Shown here: positions 8,343-17,344 of the stretch, in pieces | Layout of the letters: the number at the start of each line of letters is the position of its first letter | How positions within the stretch are numbered: position 1 is the first letter of the stretch | NCBI GenBank assembly: GCA_046754105.1 | Contig: JBHHVD010000032.1 | Coordinates: 1 to 31,607 of the forward strand | Direction of reading: 5' to 3' | Length of the DNA stretch: 31,607 bases | Source: Candidatus Krumholzibacteriia bacterium | GTDB taxonomy: Bacteria; Krumholzibacteriota; Krumholzibacteriia; WVZY01 | The notes under the pieces: generated by a model | The model's input: only the letters and a program-made list of their open reading frames with translations | Database searches by the model: none | What the model was told of the DNA's origin: nothing | Translations under genes and position numbers: made by a program

Positions 8343-9563
8343 TCAGAAGAAATTCAGGACGCGTGAAATATTGAAGCCGAGTCGAACGTCGGGTACTTCG
8401 ATATCGAGGTCCCCGCCACGCAGGTACTGGTCGGTGGTAAGCCCCACGGTGTTGCTAAGGACAATCTGAAATACGTGACCGCCCGTGGTAATCTCCAGAC
8501 CACCGCCCCAGCTGTCGAAGCGAATGTCGTTGCCGAAAGTGCTCGTGCGCACGTAACCGCTGACGATGGGGACCCATTCCGCCACGAGCGACAGATTGCG
8601 CCCGAACCTCCAACGGCCCCCGAGGCCGATCGTGACCAGCGGATCCTCGCCCTGCACGGTCTCGGCCGCGTTGAACAGGATCCCGGGCACCACGGCGAGA
8701 CCGAAATCACGCCGAAGCTCGCGTGCGAGCGTCACTTGCGCGGTGAACTTCACCGCGTCGTCGCGGAAGCGCCCCTTGACCCCCGGCGGGTCCTCCGACA
8801 CCCAATTGAGCGACGTGTGGAGAGAAACATCAACCGGCCACTTCCCCACCGCCTCCTGCCGTTTGATGAGATAGCGGGCCTGCAGCTCGACATCGTCCGA
8901 GGAATTGCTGCGCCCCACGGTGACCAGCAGCTCGTCCGTGATCGCGTATCCCAGTCCGAGGAAGATGATACCGCTGCCGTCGAGGCCGAAGAAGGCGTCG
9001 TAGCCGTCCCGCAGCCTCGGGTTGAACCGGTGGGAGATCATAAAGAAAAAGCTGCGCGCATCGAGCGCGCGCGTCGTGGGCAGGTTGACGATCTTCCAAC
9101 CGTCGAAGGCATAAGCCCGGGTCGATTCTGACCGCAGTTTGCGGCTTTCGTCGACCTCGTCGATCCCCGCGATCCACTCGGCAACGAGATCGAGCTCTGC
9201 TTCGGTGAGCTTGTCGCCGATGAGCGGCATCTGCGCTCCGACGATGCCGGGGGCACCCTTGAGTTTCATCATCAGGTAGCTGACTTCGGGTTGACCGGGG
9301 TCAACGCGCTTGAGCTCCGGCCGCTCCACGCTCGGCTCATCAACGGTGGCTCCATAAAAACGTTCGCGTCCAAGGTCCATACCCTGTTGTGGAGAGGGTC
9401 CGGCGTGGCAGCCCGCGCGTGAGCAACGCGCCTCGAACAGATCGGCGACCTTGCCTTCCAACTCGACCCGGCCATCGTCCTGGCCGAGGACCGGCCCGAC
9501 GGGTAGCAGCACGCCGAGCGCGATCAGGAGAATGTGCCGGGCCAAGCCGGGCTTATCGTTCAC
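8343..9563 (-). CDS. Cytochrome c (CX4CH) fused to a DUF5777-like outer-membrane beta-barrel
   Basis: Signal peptide, then CSRAGCH...AQMP...AEWIAG cytochrome domain. The barrel region has ISHRF, FFGLDG, GLGYAITD, TGGHVFQ and ends LGFNISRVLNFF with a terminal aromatic residue. Confidence 0.78.
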   Translation of the reverse strand: MNDKPGLARHILLIALGVLLPVGPVLGQDDGRVELEGKVADLFEARCSRAGCHAGPSPQQGMDLGRERFYGATVDEPSVERPELKRVDPGQPEVSYLMMKLKGAPGIVGAQMPLIGDKLTEAELDLVAEWIAGIDEVDESRKLRSESTRAYAFDGWKIVNLPTTRALDARSFFFMISHRFNPRLRDGYDAFFGLDGSGIIFLGLGYAITDELLVTVGRSNSSDDVELQARYLIKRQEAVGKWPVDVSLHTSLNWVSEDPPGVKGRFRDDAVKFTAQVTLARELRRDFGLAVVPGILFNAAETVQGEDPLVTIGLGGRWRFGRNLSLVAEWVPIVSGYVRTSTFGNDIRFDSWGGGLEITTGGHVFQIVLSNTVGLTTDQYLRGGDLDIEVPDVRLGFNISRVLNFF

Positions 9564-9568
9564 TTACA

Positions 9569-10507
9569 TCACCTTTCCGACAAGGGGTCCATCCCGTCGC
9601 GGGACGATTTCTTGAACGTGTTCAGCCCGATCAGCATGGCCGCGCGCGTCGCCAGCAGGCCGGCTGCCAGCAGGCTGCGTGGATCCCATCTCCCTGATGT
9701 GTAGTGCAGCCGGTAAAACCGTTGCGCCCCTCTGTGAAATGCGATTATTCGCTCCGGGCTCTTTTTCATGAATGGCTTGTTCTGCTCATGATGCGTCACG
9801 ACCGCTCGTGGCACGCAGTATATCACACCACCAACTGCCTGAATCCGTTTGCACCAGTCACTGTCGACCCAATACCCCGTGTAGGCTTCGTCCCACATGC
9901 CAACGGTCGACAGAACCTCTCTTCGGAACAGCATGCACGCCGCACTTATCTGCTGTACGCGAAACGGCTCTTCGCCGGCCATCTCGCCCCGGCCCAGATA
10001 TTTTCTCGAAAAGCGGTTGTTGGGGAACAGGCGCGTCAGAATGCTCCGTCTCCCAAAAAGACCGTTTATAGCGGAGGGAAAGTTCCGAGCCGTCTCTTGA
10101 AGGGTTCCATCGGTGTTGAGCGTTCGCGGCGCGACCATCCACGAGTCCAGGTGCTCGCCGAGAAACGATGCCATGTATTCGATAGCGTCGGCCCAAAGCT
10201 CTGTGTCCGCATCGAGTACGAGAACGAGATCCGCCGTAGTCTCCCGCATGCCCTGGTTTACCGCACCGGTGTGGCCGACGTTACTCGGGTTCTCGATCAC
10301 CCTCACCTGGGGAAACTCTTTCCGCAGCTTTTCCACCGTTCCATCCACGGAGGCGTTGTCGATCACGATTACTTCGGCCAGCAGATGTTTCGATACCGCC
10401 AGCGACCCGAGACAGTTCTTCAGGTGGTGCCAACAGTTGAAGCTCGCGATCACCACGGATATGTTCGGTGAGTTCATGCAGGCTGAACCTTGCGCCGAGG
10501 TCTTCAT
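9569..10507 (-). CDS. Glycosyltransferase family 2 (rhamnosyltransferase/WbbL-like)
   Basis: ISVVIASFN, VIDNASVDGT, VLDADTE and DSDWCKR motifs. The start may be at 10477. Confidence 0.88.
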   Translation of the reverse strand: MKTSAQGSACMNSPNISVVIASFNCWHHLKNCLGSLAVSKHLLAEVIVIDNASVDGTVEKLRKEFPQVRVIENPSNVGHTGAVNQGMRETTADLVLVLDADTELWADAIEYMASFLGEHLDSWMVAPRTLNTDGTLQETARNFPSAINGLFGRRSILTRLFPNNRFSRKYLGRGEMAGEEPFRVQQISAACMLFRREVLSTVGMWDEAYTGYWVDSDWCKRIQAVGGVIYCVPRAVVTHHEQNKPFMKKSPERIIAFHRGAQRFYRLHYTSGRWDPRSLLAAGLLATRAAMLIGLNTFKKSSRDGMDPLSER

Positions 10508-10569
10508 GCCGCGTGCGCGCGTGCGCGTGTCATGGGAAACGCATGGCTCGTTTTACCGGGAGCCATGCA

Positions 10570-11616
10570 CTACTGGAACGTGCGGTCCTTCTTCGCCGAA
10601 AAAATAATCCTCGTGTTGCTGTCCGATCCTTCACCCGGGAAAAAGGCGGGCATGGTATAGCGGTACCCGGCAGGCAGTGGGATTTTCTTGCGGCCACTGC
10701 CGTCCGGTCTCATCGTGTAAAGCCCGGAGTTCCCTATGTTCTTGGGGTCGATATGCCAAAAAATAAGAAGCCTGCCGTCACTGGACCACTCTGGCACCCC
10801 ATCCACTCCATCGTGTTTCGTCAGATCGGCTTCCTTGCCTGTCTTGAGATCTACCACGATTATGTGCCAGCTGAGCTTGGTGAGGTGGCGCATGAACGTG
10901 ACCTTGGTGCCGTCCGGGGACAGTTTCGGGTCGTAATCACCGACCGGCACCGCGGCTTTCTTTCCCTGGGTCTTCTTTGGGGGTGGACTCGAGATCTTGC
11001 GGGCGTTGGACCCGTCCGCATTCATTATCCAGATGCTCAACAGTTCGTTCTTCTTGGCGATCCCCGGAAACACGATTTGATTACCCACCTGGTGGGGATC
11101 GGCGGTGAACAGTCTCTCCGGCGTGGGAACGCGCCTGGTCTTCCGGGTGGTGACGTCGAGGTACATCACCTGCACTTTCTTTTTGGGGTTGTTGTTGGAG
11201 ATATGGATGATGCCTTTGCCGTCAGGCGTCCAATAACCGTTGGCAGCGACAATCTTCTTGCGTGCCGGTATGAGGCTCACCAGCCCGGAACCGTCCATAT
11301 TCATCAGCATTAGCTCCGTGTTGAAATAGTTGCCGCCCTTCTCCTCGGCAAGCCTGTTTGGCCCCTTGTGGTTGTAGCGCGTGAAGGTGATCGATGTCTT
11401 GTCGGGTGATACTCTCGCGTGGTTCAACTCCCGGGAGGGATCGGTTATGAGTTGTTTGAGGTTCTTGCCGTCGAGCGTACACGTATAGATTCCAAAACGC
11501 TCCGGATCGTGCTTTTTCCCCAGGCCTTTGTTGGCGATTGCCTTGCAAGAGCAAACCGTTACAACGCTCAACGCGGCCACCCAGGCCAGATAACGCGTTC
11601 TGAAAAAGTTTCCCAT
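10570..11616 (-). CDS. TolB-like/PD40 beta-propeller lipoprotein, Lys-rich
   Basis: RBS AGGAGG before ATG at 11616. Lipobox-like VCSC. Repeats SPDKTSITF, WTPDGKGI, SPDGTKVTF, WSSDGRLLIF and MNxDGS. Confidence 0.8.
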   Translation of the reverse strand: MGNFFRTRYLAWVAALSVVTVCSCKAIANKGLGKKHDPERFGIYTCTLDGKNLKQLITDPSRELNHARVSPDKTSITFTRYNHKGPNRLAEEKGGNYFNTELMLMNMDGSGLVSLIPARKKIVAANGYWTPDGKGIIHISNNNPKKKVQVMYLDVTTRKTRRVPTPERLFTADPHQVGNQIVFPGIAKKNELLSIWIMNADGSNARKISSPPPKKTQGKKAAVPVGDYDPKLSPDGTKVTFMRHLTKLSWHIIVVDLKTGKEADLTKHDGVDGVPEWSSDGRLLIFWHIDPKNIGNSGLYTMRPDGSGRKKIPLPAGYRYTMPAFFPGEGSDSNTRIIFSAKKDRTFQ

Positions 11617-11662
11617 CGAAGTTCCCTCCTGCACGCCGGCCCGTCCCGCCGCGCGGTGCATA

Positions 11663-12799
11663 TTACGATACTTTGCTTATTTCCACTATCCCCAGGCCGT
11701 CGAACCCTGAGGGAATGATCTCCGAATACCGCATATTATATTGCTCCCACATGCCGGAGCCTAACACAATCTGGATACCCTGGCGGACTGAGCGCCACGC
11801 TTTCGTATCGTGAAAGACGACAGTCGCCTCCGGGGCCAGACACGGCAGCAACAACACGAAATCCTGGATGACCGACCACGTCGAGTGGTCACCGTCGATG
11901 AATGCGAGTTCCACCGGTGGCAACAGCCGTGACGCGCCGGGCCCCAGCACTTCTCCCTCCATATCGCCGGACGGCGGCGAAAAGAACCCCTCGTGTATTT
12001 GTACGTAACGCTCGAGCCCGAGGTTCCCCAAAGCGCTTTCCGCTTGCGCGAGGGGCCGGTCCACGGAGAGATGTTTCAGATTGGGGTCCACGCAGTGAAT
12101 CTCGCCCGTTCCGTTGTCCTTGACCGCCCACGCCATCAGGCAGGTGGAGAACCCGACAAAAGACCCGATTTCGAGGACCACCGACGGGCGTTTCTCCCGC
12201 ACGATACAATAGAGCGCGTGCGCATCCGCGGGCTTAACCGTCGCCAGCAACAGATCCTCGACGGAGAGGCATGCATCCACCCAATGTTCCAGATAGGTGC
12301 GAAAAACATCACGGTATACGACTCTTGATGACTCATACCCGGTCATACCACCAAGACGCCGGGCGTCACCGACGAACCCGGGATTTGCGGGCAAACCGCT
12401 TACCCAACATTGTTGTGCGAAACGATCGGCGAGGTCCTCGATGACGACGCCGTTCGGGAAACCGGCCCTGCGCGCCACCCGACCCACCACCCCAAGCGCC
12501 CCTTGCAATGGCCCGAGAACACGGGATAGCGCCTTGAGCAAACGATCCCTGTGCCTGAGTTTCAACGAATCCAGGTCCCTTCTGTCGTTCGCTACGGCGA
12601 GTATGTCTTCGAAGACCCGGCATGTGTACGTGGACAGGGCCTCCGCTGGCTCCGTTTGCCTGGAGACGCGCGCCACCCGGCGCAGGACACGGCACGCCCT
12701 CACGTGGTCACCGTCAACGGCGAGCGCCGCGGCCAGCCCCAGGGCCGCTGGGGCCGGGAGCGGTGGGCCTTCGAGTCTCTCGAGGGCGGCGTCGGACAT
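11663..12799 (-). CDS. Class I SAM-dependent methyltransferase (Methyltransf_24-like) with an uncharacterised N-terminal region
   Basis: VLEIGSFVGFST, HCVDP, FIDGDHS and VVFHD motifs in the C-terminal half. An alternative start is at 12811. Confidence 0.8.
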   Translation of the reverse strand: MSDAALERLEGPPLPAPAALGLAAALAVDGDHVRACRVLRRVARVSRQTEPAEALSTYTCRVFEDILAVANDRRDLDSLKLRHRDRLLKALSRVLGPLQGALGVVGRVARRAGFPNGVVIEDLADRFAQQCWVSGLPANPGFVGDARRLGGMTGYESSRVVYRDVFRTYLEHWVDACLSVEDLLLATVKPADAHALYCIVREKRPSVVLEIGSFVGFSTCLMAWAVKDNGTGEIHCVDPNLKHLSVDRPLAQAESALGNLGLERYVQIHEGFFSPPSGDMEGEVLGPGASRLLPPVELAFIDGDHSTWSVIQDFVLLLPCLAPEATVVFHDTKAWRSVRQGIQIVLGSGMWEQYNMRYSEIIPSGFDGLGIVEISKVS

Positions 12800-12828
12800 A
12801 GTTCCAACCAATGCAGTTCACTGCGGCT

Positions 12829-14088
12829 CTAGCGCCGTATGTGGGGGCTGATATGCGGCAATATGGCGTCGGCCGCAATCGCGTGACCTCGCTCGTTCCA
12901 GTGGGGATCCGTCTCAAAATAGAGTGTCTCGCCGGTATCCGCCAGGCGACGGTATAAATCCGTCAAGTCGATGCACTCGATTCCCCGCTCCCTGGCGATT
13001 CCACCCAGCCTCGCAAACCCATCCTCCTCATTGCGAAGGTAGTCTCTCTTGAAGGCGCGAACATATTCCGCTTTGTACACCGATTCCTTCGATGGGATGA
13101 GAACCAGCAGGAGGGTCGCGTCGTGCCCCTTCACGAGGTCGATGATCTCGCCCATGATTTTTTCCACACCAACGTACTCCCGGCCAGAGACGTACGTCCT
13201 GCTGGCCCCATAGGGTCTCTTGAATATGGTCAGCCCGTTTTGCATCCGATGCACCTGGCCCCTCAGCCCCACACTCCTTAGCAGCCTGAATGTATGATAG
13301 ACGATGCTTTTCCGTCGGTACGACATCGACTCGTACTTATCCCACGCCTTTACTCGGTAGTAATCCGCCAGTTGCGCGTCCGTTTCAAGCGGGGCGAGAT
13401 CGTTGGCAAACACGCACAGCGCTACCACATCCGGATGATACTTCTCAAGAAATCGTGCAATCATTGTCCGGTACTGCCGCAAACCATACCCGCCCACCCC
13501 GAGGCTGATCACGGGTTCATTGATACGTGATTCGATAACGCCATAGAACGTGTCCTGTCGTTCGACCCACGCGCCAAACGTGAACGAATCTCCGACAAAG
13601 AACACCCTCGCTCCGGCGTAGTCTTTGCCGACGTTACGGAGGCCGTAGGTGTCCGTATCGTAATCACCGGTTACGGAATTGCTCAGCCACGACAATTCGA
13701 AGTCCTTGAGATCGGGGCGGGGCTTGAAGCCCAGTTCGGCGTCCGGTTCGAAGAATCCGTAGAAAAGTCTGTTCCTGTCGGAAAAATCGGTTTGGGAGAA
13801 CACACCCCGCGAGACTGCCACGAGTTCCGCTGCCACGAAGCTAAGACCCAGCACCGAGAGGCTCACGGCCACGTTTGCGCTACCCCGTGGTTTCCTTGCC
13901 ATGAAGAACACACCAACGGCGATGAGAAGCAGTTCGAATAGGACGATCACCAGGCTGAAAAACCCTGAAACGATCGATCCCTGCTCGGTATAGAAACCGA
14001 TCGTGAACTTGTTGAGTATCAGGCCGAACGCGATGAGAACCACACCAACATAGATCGCCGCCTTTTCGTTCGCTCCGGCACTCCGCAT
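12829..14088 (-). CDS. Membrane-anchored SGNH/GDSL-family protein (AlgX/AlgJ-like polysaccharide acyltransferase or esterase)
   Basis: Three N-terminal TM segments. VGDSFTFG (Ser), LGVGGYG, FAND and DPHWNERGH (DxH). RBS GGAGG. Confidence 0.82.
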   Translation of the reverse strand: MRSAGANEKAAIYVGVVLIAFGLILNKFTIGFYTEQGSIVSGFFSLVIVLFELLLIAVGVFFMARKPRGSANVAVSLSVLGLSFVAAELVAVSRGVFSQTDFSDRNRLFYGFFEPDAELGFKPRPDLKDFELSWLSNSVTGDYDTDTYGLRNVGKDYAGARVFFVGDSFTFGAWVERQDTFYGVIESRINEPVISLGVGGYGLRQYRTMIARFLEKYHPDVVALCVFANDLAPLETDAQLADYYRVKAWDKYESMSYRRKSIVYHTFRLLRSVGLRGQVHRMQNGLTIFKRPYGASRTYVSGREYVGVEKIMGEIIDLVKGHDATLLLVLIPSKESVYKAEYVRAFKRDYLRNEEDGFARLGGIARERGIECIDLTDLYRRLADTGETLYFETDPHWNERGHAIAADAILPHISPHIRR

Positions 14089-14135
14089 TCAACACCTCCA
14101 TCCTCTCGCGTCAACGGTTGTCTCGAGCACACTGC

Positions 14136-15752
14136 CTACCCCAGGTAGCCCAGGTCTCGCAGACGCTTCTCCAACTCCTCAGCCTCTTCCTGGGTCGTAC
14201 TCCCCCGCGAGGAGCCCTTCTTCGTTACCTTCTCCGTCTTCTGTTCGTTCGTACTCGTGAACTCGCTCGTTATCATTTCAGTCAGAACGCGACCGTCCAC
14301 GTCGTCCGGTATCGGCAACCCCATAAGGTAGAGAATCGTGGGACAGACGTCGTATATGCTGGCGTCCAGATTCGTCGGGTTGATCACGTCCCCGCAACCC
14401 ATCATGATCCCGTCCAGATCATGATTGCCGGTGATATAGGTCTTGCCGACCTTAACGTCATCGACGATGTTCTCCCCGAGGTCGTTTCGTATCGCGTAGC
14501 CGTCACTCATATCCACGACCAGATCGGGGATGCTGTTCTCATAGTTGGTGGCGTAGAGATCCTTCCCCCGGTAGACCTTTCTGATAATACCGTCACCGGT
14601 CTCAGGGTCTCTTACGTTCAGTAACGCTTCCTCCACTTTCTTGCACAGGTCGTCGTAGTCCTTTTCGTCCACGATACCCCGAGCCTCCCGCCCCCTCAGA
14701 TTGATGTCCACCGCGTACCACAACAGCGAAAAGACGCGTGTGTTCTCCCAGTCGATCTTGTCCTCCGTCATCCCGGCGGCAAGGAACGTTTCCTTGACGC
14801 GTTTGAGCAGCGGTAGCGGCACGTATTTCTTGAGGCGCAACAGGCCGACCCGCTTCCCCAGCATGTAAAGAGCACCGACCAGCCCCGCCAGATTGACTTT
14901 CGACATCGCCCGCTCGGTCCCGGACTTGTCTCTGGTGGTCAAGAATCCCTCGTTCCTCAAGAAGTTATTGATGCAAAACGATTTTCGAGACGCCCGGAAG
15001 CCGTGGTCCGACACGACCAGCAACGCGGTTTCGTTGTCGACCCTGTCCAGTGCCTCGCCCAGGATTTCGTCCAGGAGTTGGTAGAACTCTACGCACCGGG
15101 CGTCCTGGGCGATAATCTCCTCCCACATGAAGTGCTGCAGCCGATCGGTGGCAACGAACGTAATGAAAAACAGGTCCCATTCCCTGTTATCCAGGTAATG
15201 CTGCATGAGTTTTCTTCTGTCCCGGGTGATCTTGAACGCTTGCTTCAGCAGTTCGTTCTTGTCCCCGGACAGGATGAACTCTCGCCCACCGGCGTCAATC
15301 TGATAATCCGGAATGAGCTCGAACAACTCATCTTTCACCTCACGCGGATAAACGAAATCTGCATGAGTCGAGGGTGTCGTCATCCCGGAAATGAGGACGC
15401 CGTCGACCTCATCCGGCGGGTATGTGAACGGGATGTTGATGAGAACGACCTTCTTGCCGTTTCTCTTCAACGTCGTCCACAGCGGTTCGGCCGTTTCCGA
15501 GTTGTTCCGTGTAAGAAGTTCAGTCTTGTATCCATTTCGTTTTCTGAATTCGAAGACACCGTGCTTGCCCGCGTTCTTCCCCGTCGTCAGCGAAACCCAA
15601 CCCGGGCCCGTGATGGGCGGAATCGTTGATTGCAGGGTTCCCCATGCCCCCTCGCCTTTCAACTTCTTGAAATTCGGCAGCAGACCCGCCTCTATGTAGG
15701 GCTCGATAATTTTCAGTGTCATTCCATCAAGTCCGAGAAGAAATACTTTCAT
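14136..15752 (-). CDS. Alkaline-phosphatase-superfamily protein (type I phosphodiesterase / nucleotide pyrophosphatase-like)
   Basis: LLGLDG, STIPPITGPGW, TDRLQHFMW, VSDHGF and GNH motifs; C-terminal RLRDLGY. Confidence 0.85.
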   Translation of the reverse strand: MKVFLLGLDGMTLKIIEPYIEAGLLPNFKKLKGEGAWGTLQSTIPPITGPGWVSLTTGKNAGKHGVFEFRKRNGYKTELLTRNNSETAEPLWTTLKRNGKKVVLINIPFTYPPDEVDGVLISGMTTPSTHADFVYPREVKDELFELIPDYQIDAGGREFILSGDKNELLKQAFKITRDRRKLMQHYLDNREWDLFFITFVATDRLQHFMWEEIIAQDARCVEFYQLLDEILGEALDRVDNETALLVVSDHGFRASRKSFCINNFLRNEGFLTTRDKSGTERAMSKVNLAGLVGALYMLGKRVGLLRLKKYVPLPLLKRVKETFLAAGMTEDKIDWENTRVFSLLWYAVDINLRGREARGIVDEKDYDDLCKKVEEALLNVRDPETGDGIIRKVYRGKDLYATNYENSIPDLVVDMSDGYAIRNDLGENIVDDVKVGKTYITGNHDLDGIMMGCGDVINPTNLDASIYDVCPTILYLMGLPIPDDVDGRVLTEMITSEFTSTNEQKTEKVTKKGSSRGSTTQEEAEELEKRLRDLGYLG

Positions 15753-15772
15753 ACGTTCTCCCTTTTTTGTCG

Positions 15773-17344
15773 CTAAGCCCTGATCTTCTTGAGGTTCGTT
15801 CTTATCGTATTGATGATCATTTTATCCTCGTCGCCGATTCCCCAGGCGAGCAGCAGACCCATGAAAACAGCGGCGAACGCGGGTATGTAAATGAGCAATT
15901 TCTGCAGCCCCCCCAAATCGACGAATACAATCCTGTCTGCGATGAGAACCGCACAATAAGCAATCGCACCGAAGACTATGGGACCGACGAATCTCCTGCT
16001 GTACGGATGAATCCCCAGGTGCCCGTACACCTCAAAGAGCATGATCAAGTTTAAGGCAACGATGGATACACCACTGGCAAGGGCCGCACCCATTATACCA
16101 TAGCGAGGGATTAGCAACAAGTTCAGCACGATATTGGCGAGGCTCATACCAATGGTGTTGTACATTACGATCTTCTGCCGACCGGACATGACGAGCATCA
16201 TCGACACTGATCCTACACCCGCGTTTAGCATTTGAGCGCAACTGAGCGTGATCAGGACGGCCCAACCGGCAACGAATTCCGGCCCGAATACGGACAGGAT
16301 CTCCCTGGAAAGAAGAAGTACCAGCAGGAAAGCGGGACAGCTGATGGTCCACACCCACCGGGTCACCGTCTTGTAGAGTCCCTCGAGAGTCTTCGTTTCC
16401 CCGCGATTGTAAAGATCCGAGATCATAGGAGCAAATATCGCGTTAAAGGACACCAGTACGACGCTCGTTATGACCGCCACGTTCATGGCAACGTTGAATA
16501 CACCGACTTCCGCCGACGATCTGAAATACCCCAATAACAAGGAATCCGTGCGCCTCATGAGCAGATTGACCACACTCACCAACAACAGCGGCACCGAGAA
16601 TCTGATCAGTGTCATCCTGTCTCCGTAGACGGCGTTCACGCTTTTCATCCCCGGAAACGCTCTCAGTAGAAAGTACACCGACAGGATCGACGCAGCCGCC
16701 ACCGACAGGACGTGAGCTGCCACGACGCCGTAGAGTGTAAAACCGGCGAAGAAAAACACGGCTACCAGACTGATGTTGACCACCGGCCAGAAAACGTGCT
16801 GACCGTATACCCTGTATTTCATTATCTTGAGGCCCTGGGTCGACGCTAGCGCGACTATCATTATCGACCAGAACACCAGCGAAACAGACATCCATCTGAT
16901 GACCCTGCCAAGTTCCGGTTTCTGGAATACCCTGGCCAGCAGCACGTCCGACGTTGCGAACAGCGCCACACCGAAGAGCACGCTAGTAATGAGCGCATAT
17001 CTGAAAGATCGGACTATTATTCCCTTGATGCGCGCGTCATTACCAACGCCCTGATAGAGAGACACGTACTTGACGGCAACGAAATCGAAGCCGAATCTGC
17101 CGATAATGCTCGTAAGGTTGATGATAATCAGACCGAGCATGAACAGCCCGAACGCGTCCGCACCCAGTATCTTCGCCAGGATCAGCGTATAGAAAAACTG
17201 AAAGCCCCCCTCGGAAACCTTGCCGACGAAGCTCACCGCAGCCCCTTTGGCGACACGTTTGAGCTCTGTTTGCTGAATCTCCGGGCTGTCGTCGTCTAGA
17301 GGGATCTCTTCACCTTTGCGATTGCTGCTTTTTATAGTCCACAA
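15773..17344 (-). CDS. wzx: Wzx-type oligosaccharide flippase
   Basis: About 14 hydrophobic segments. LAKILGADAFGLF, EVGVFNVA, FAPMISDLY and LIPRYGIMGAALAS motifs. The start codon is uncertain (see findings). Confidence 0.88.
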   Translation of the reverse strand: MWTIKSSNRKGEEIPLDDDSPEIQQTELKRVAKGAAVSFVGKVSEGGFQFFYTLILAKILGADAFGLFMLGLIIINLTSIIGRFGFDFVAVKYVSLYQGVGNDARIKGIIVRSFRYALITSVLFGVALFATSDVLLARVFQKPELGRVIRWMSVSLVFWSIMIVALASTQGLKIMKYRVYGQHVFWPVVNISLVAVFFFAGFTLYGVVAAHVLSVAAASILSVYFLLRAFPGMKSVNAVYGDRMTLIRFSVPLLLVSVVNLLMRRTDSLLLGYFRSSAEVGVFNVAMNVAVITSVVLVSFNAIFAPMISDLYNRGETKTLEGLYKTVTRWVWTISCPAFLLVLLLSREILSVFGPEFVAGWAVLITLSCAQMLNAGVGSVSMMLVMSGRQKIVMYNTIGMSLANIVLNLLLIPRYGIMGAALASGVSIVALNLIMLFEVYGHLGIHPYSRRFVGPIVFGAIAYCAVLIADRIVFVDLGGLQKLLIYIPAFAAVFMGLLLAWGIGDEDKMIINTIRTNLKKIRA

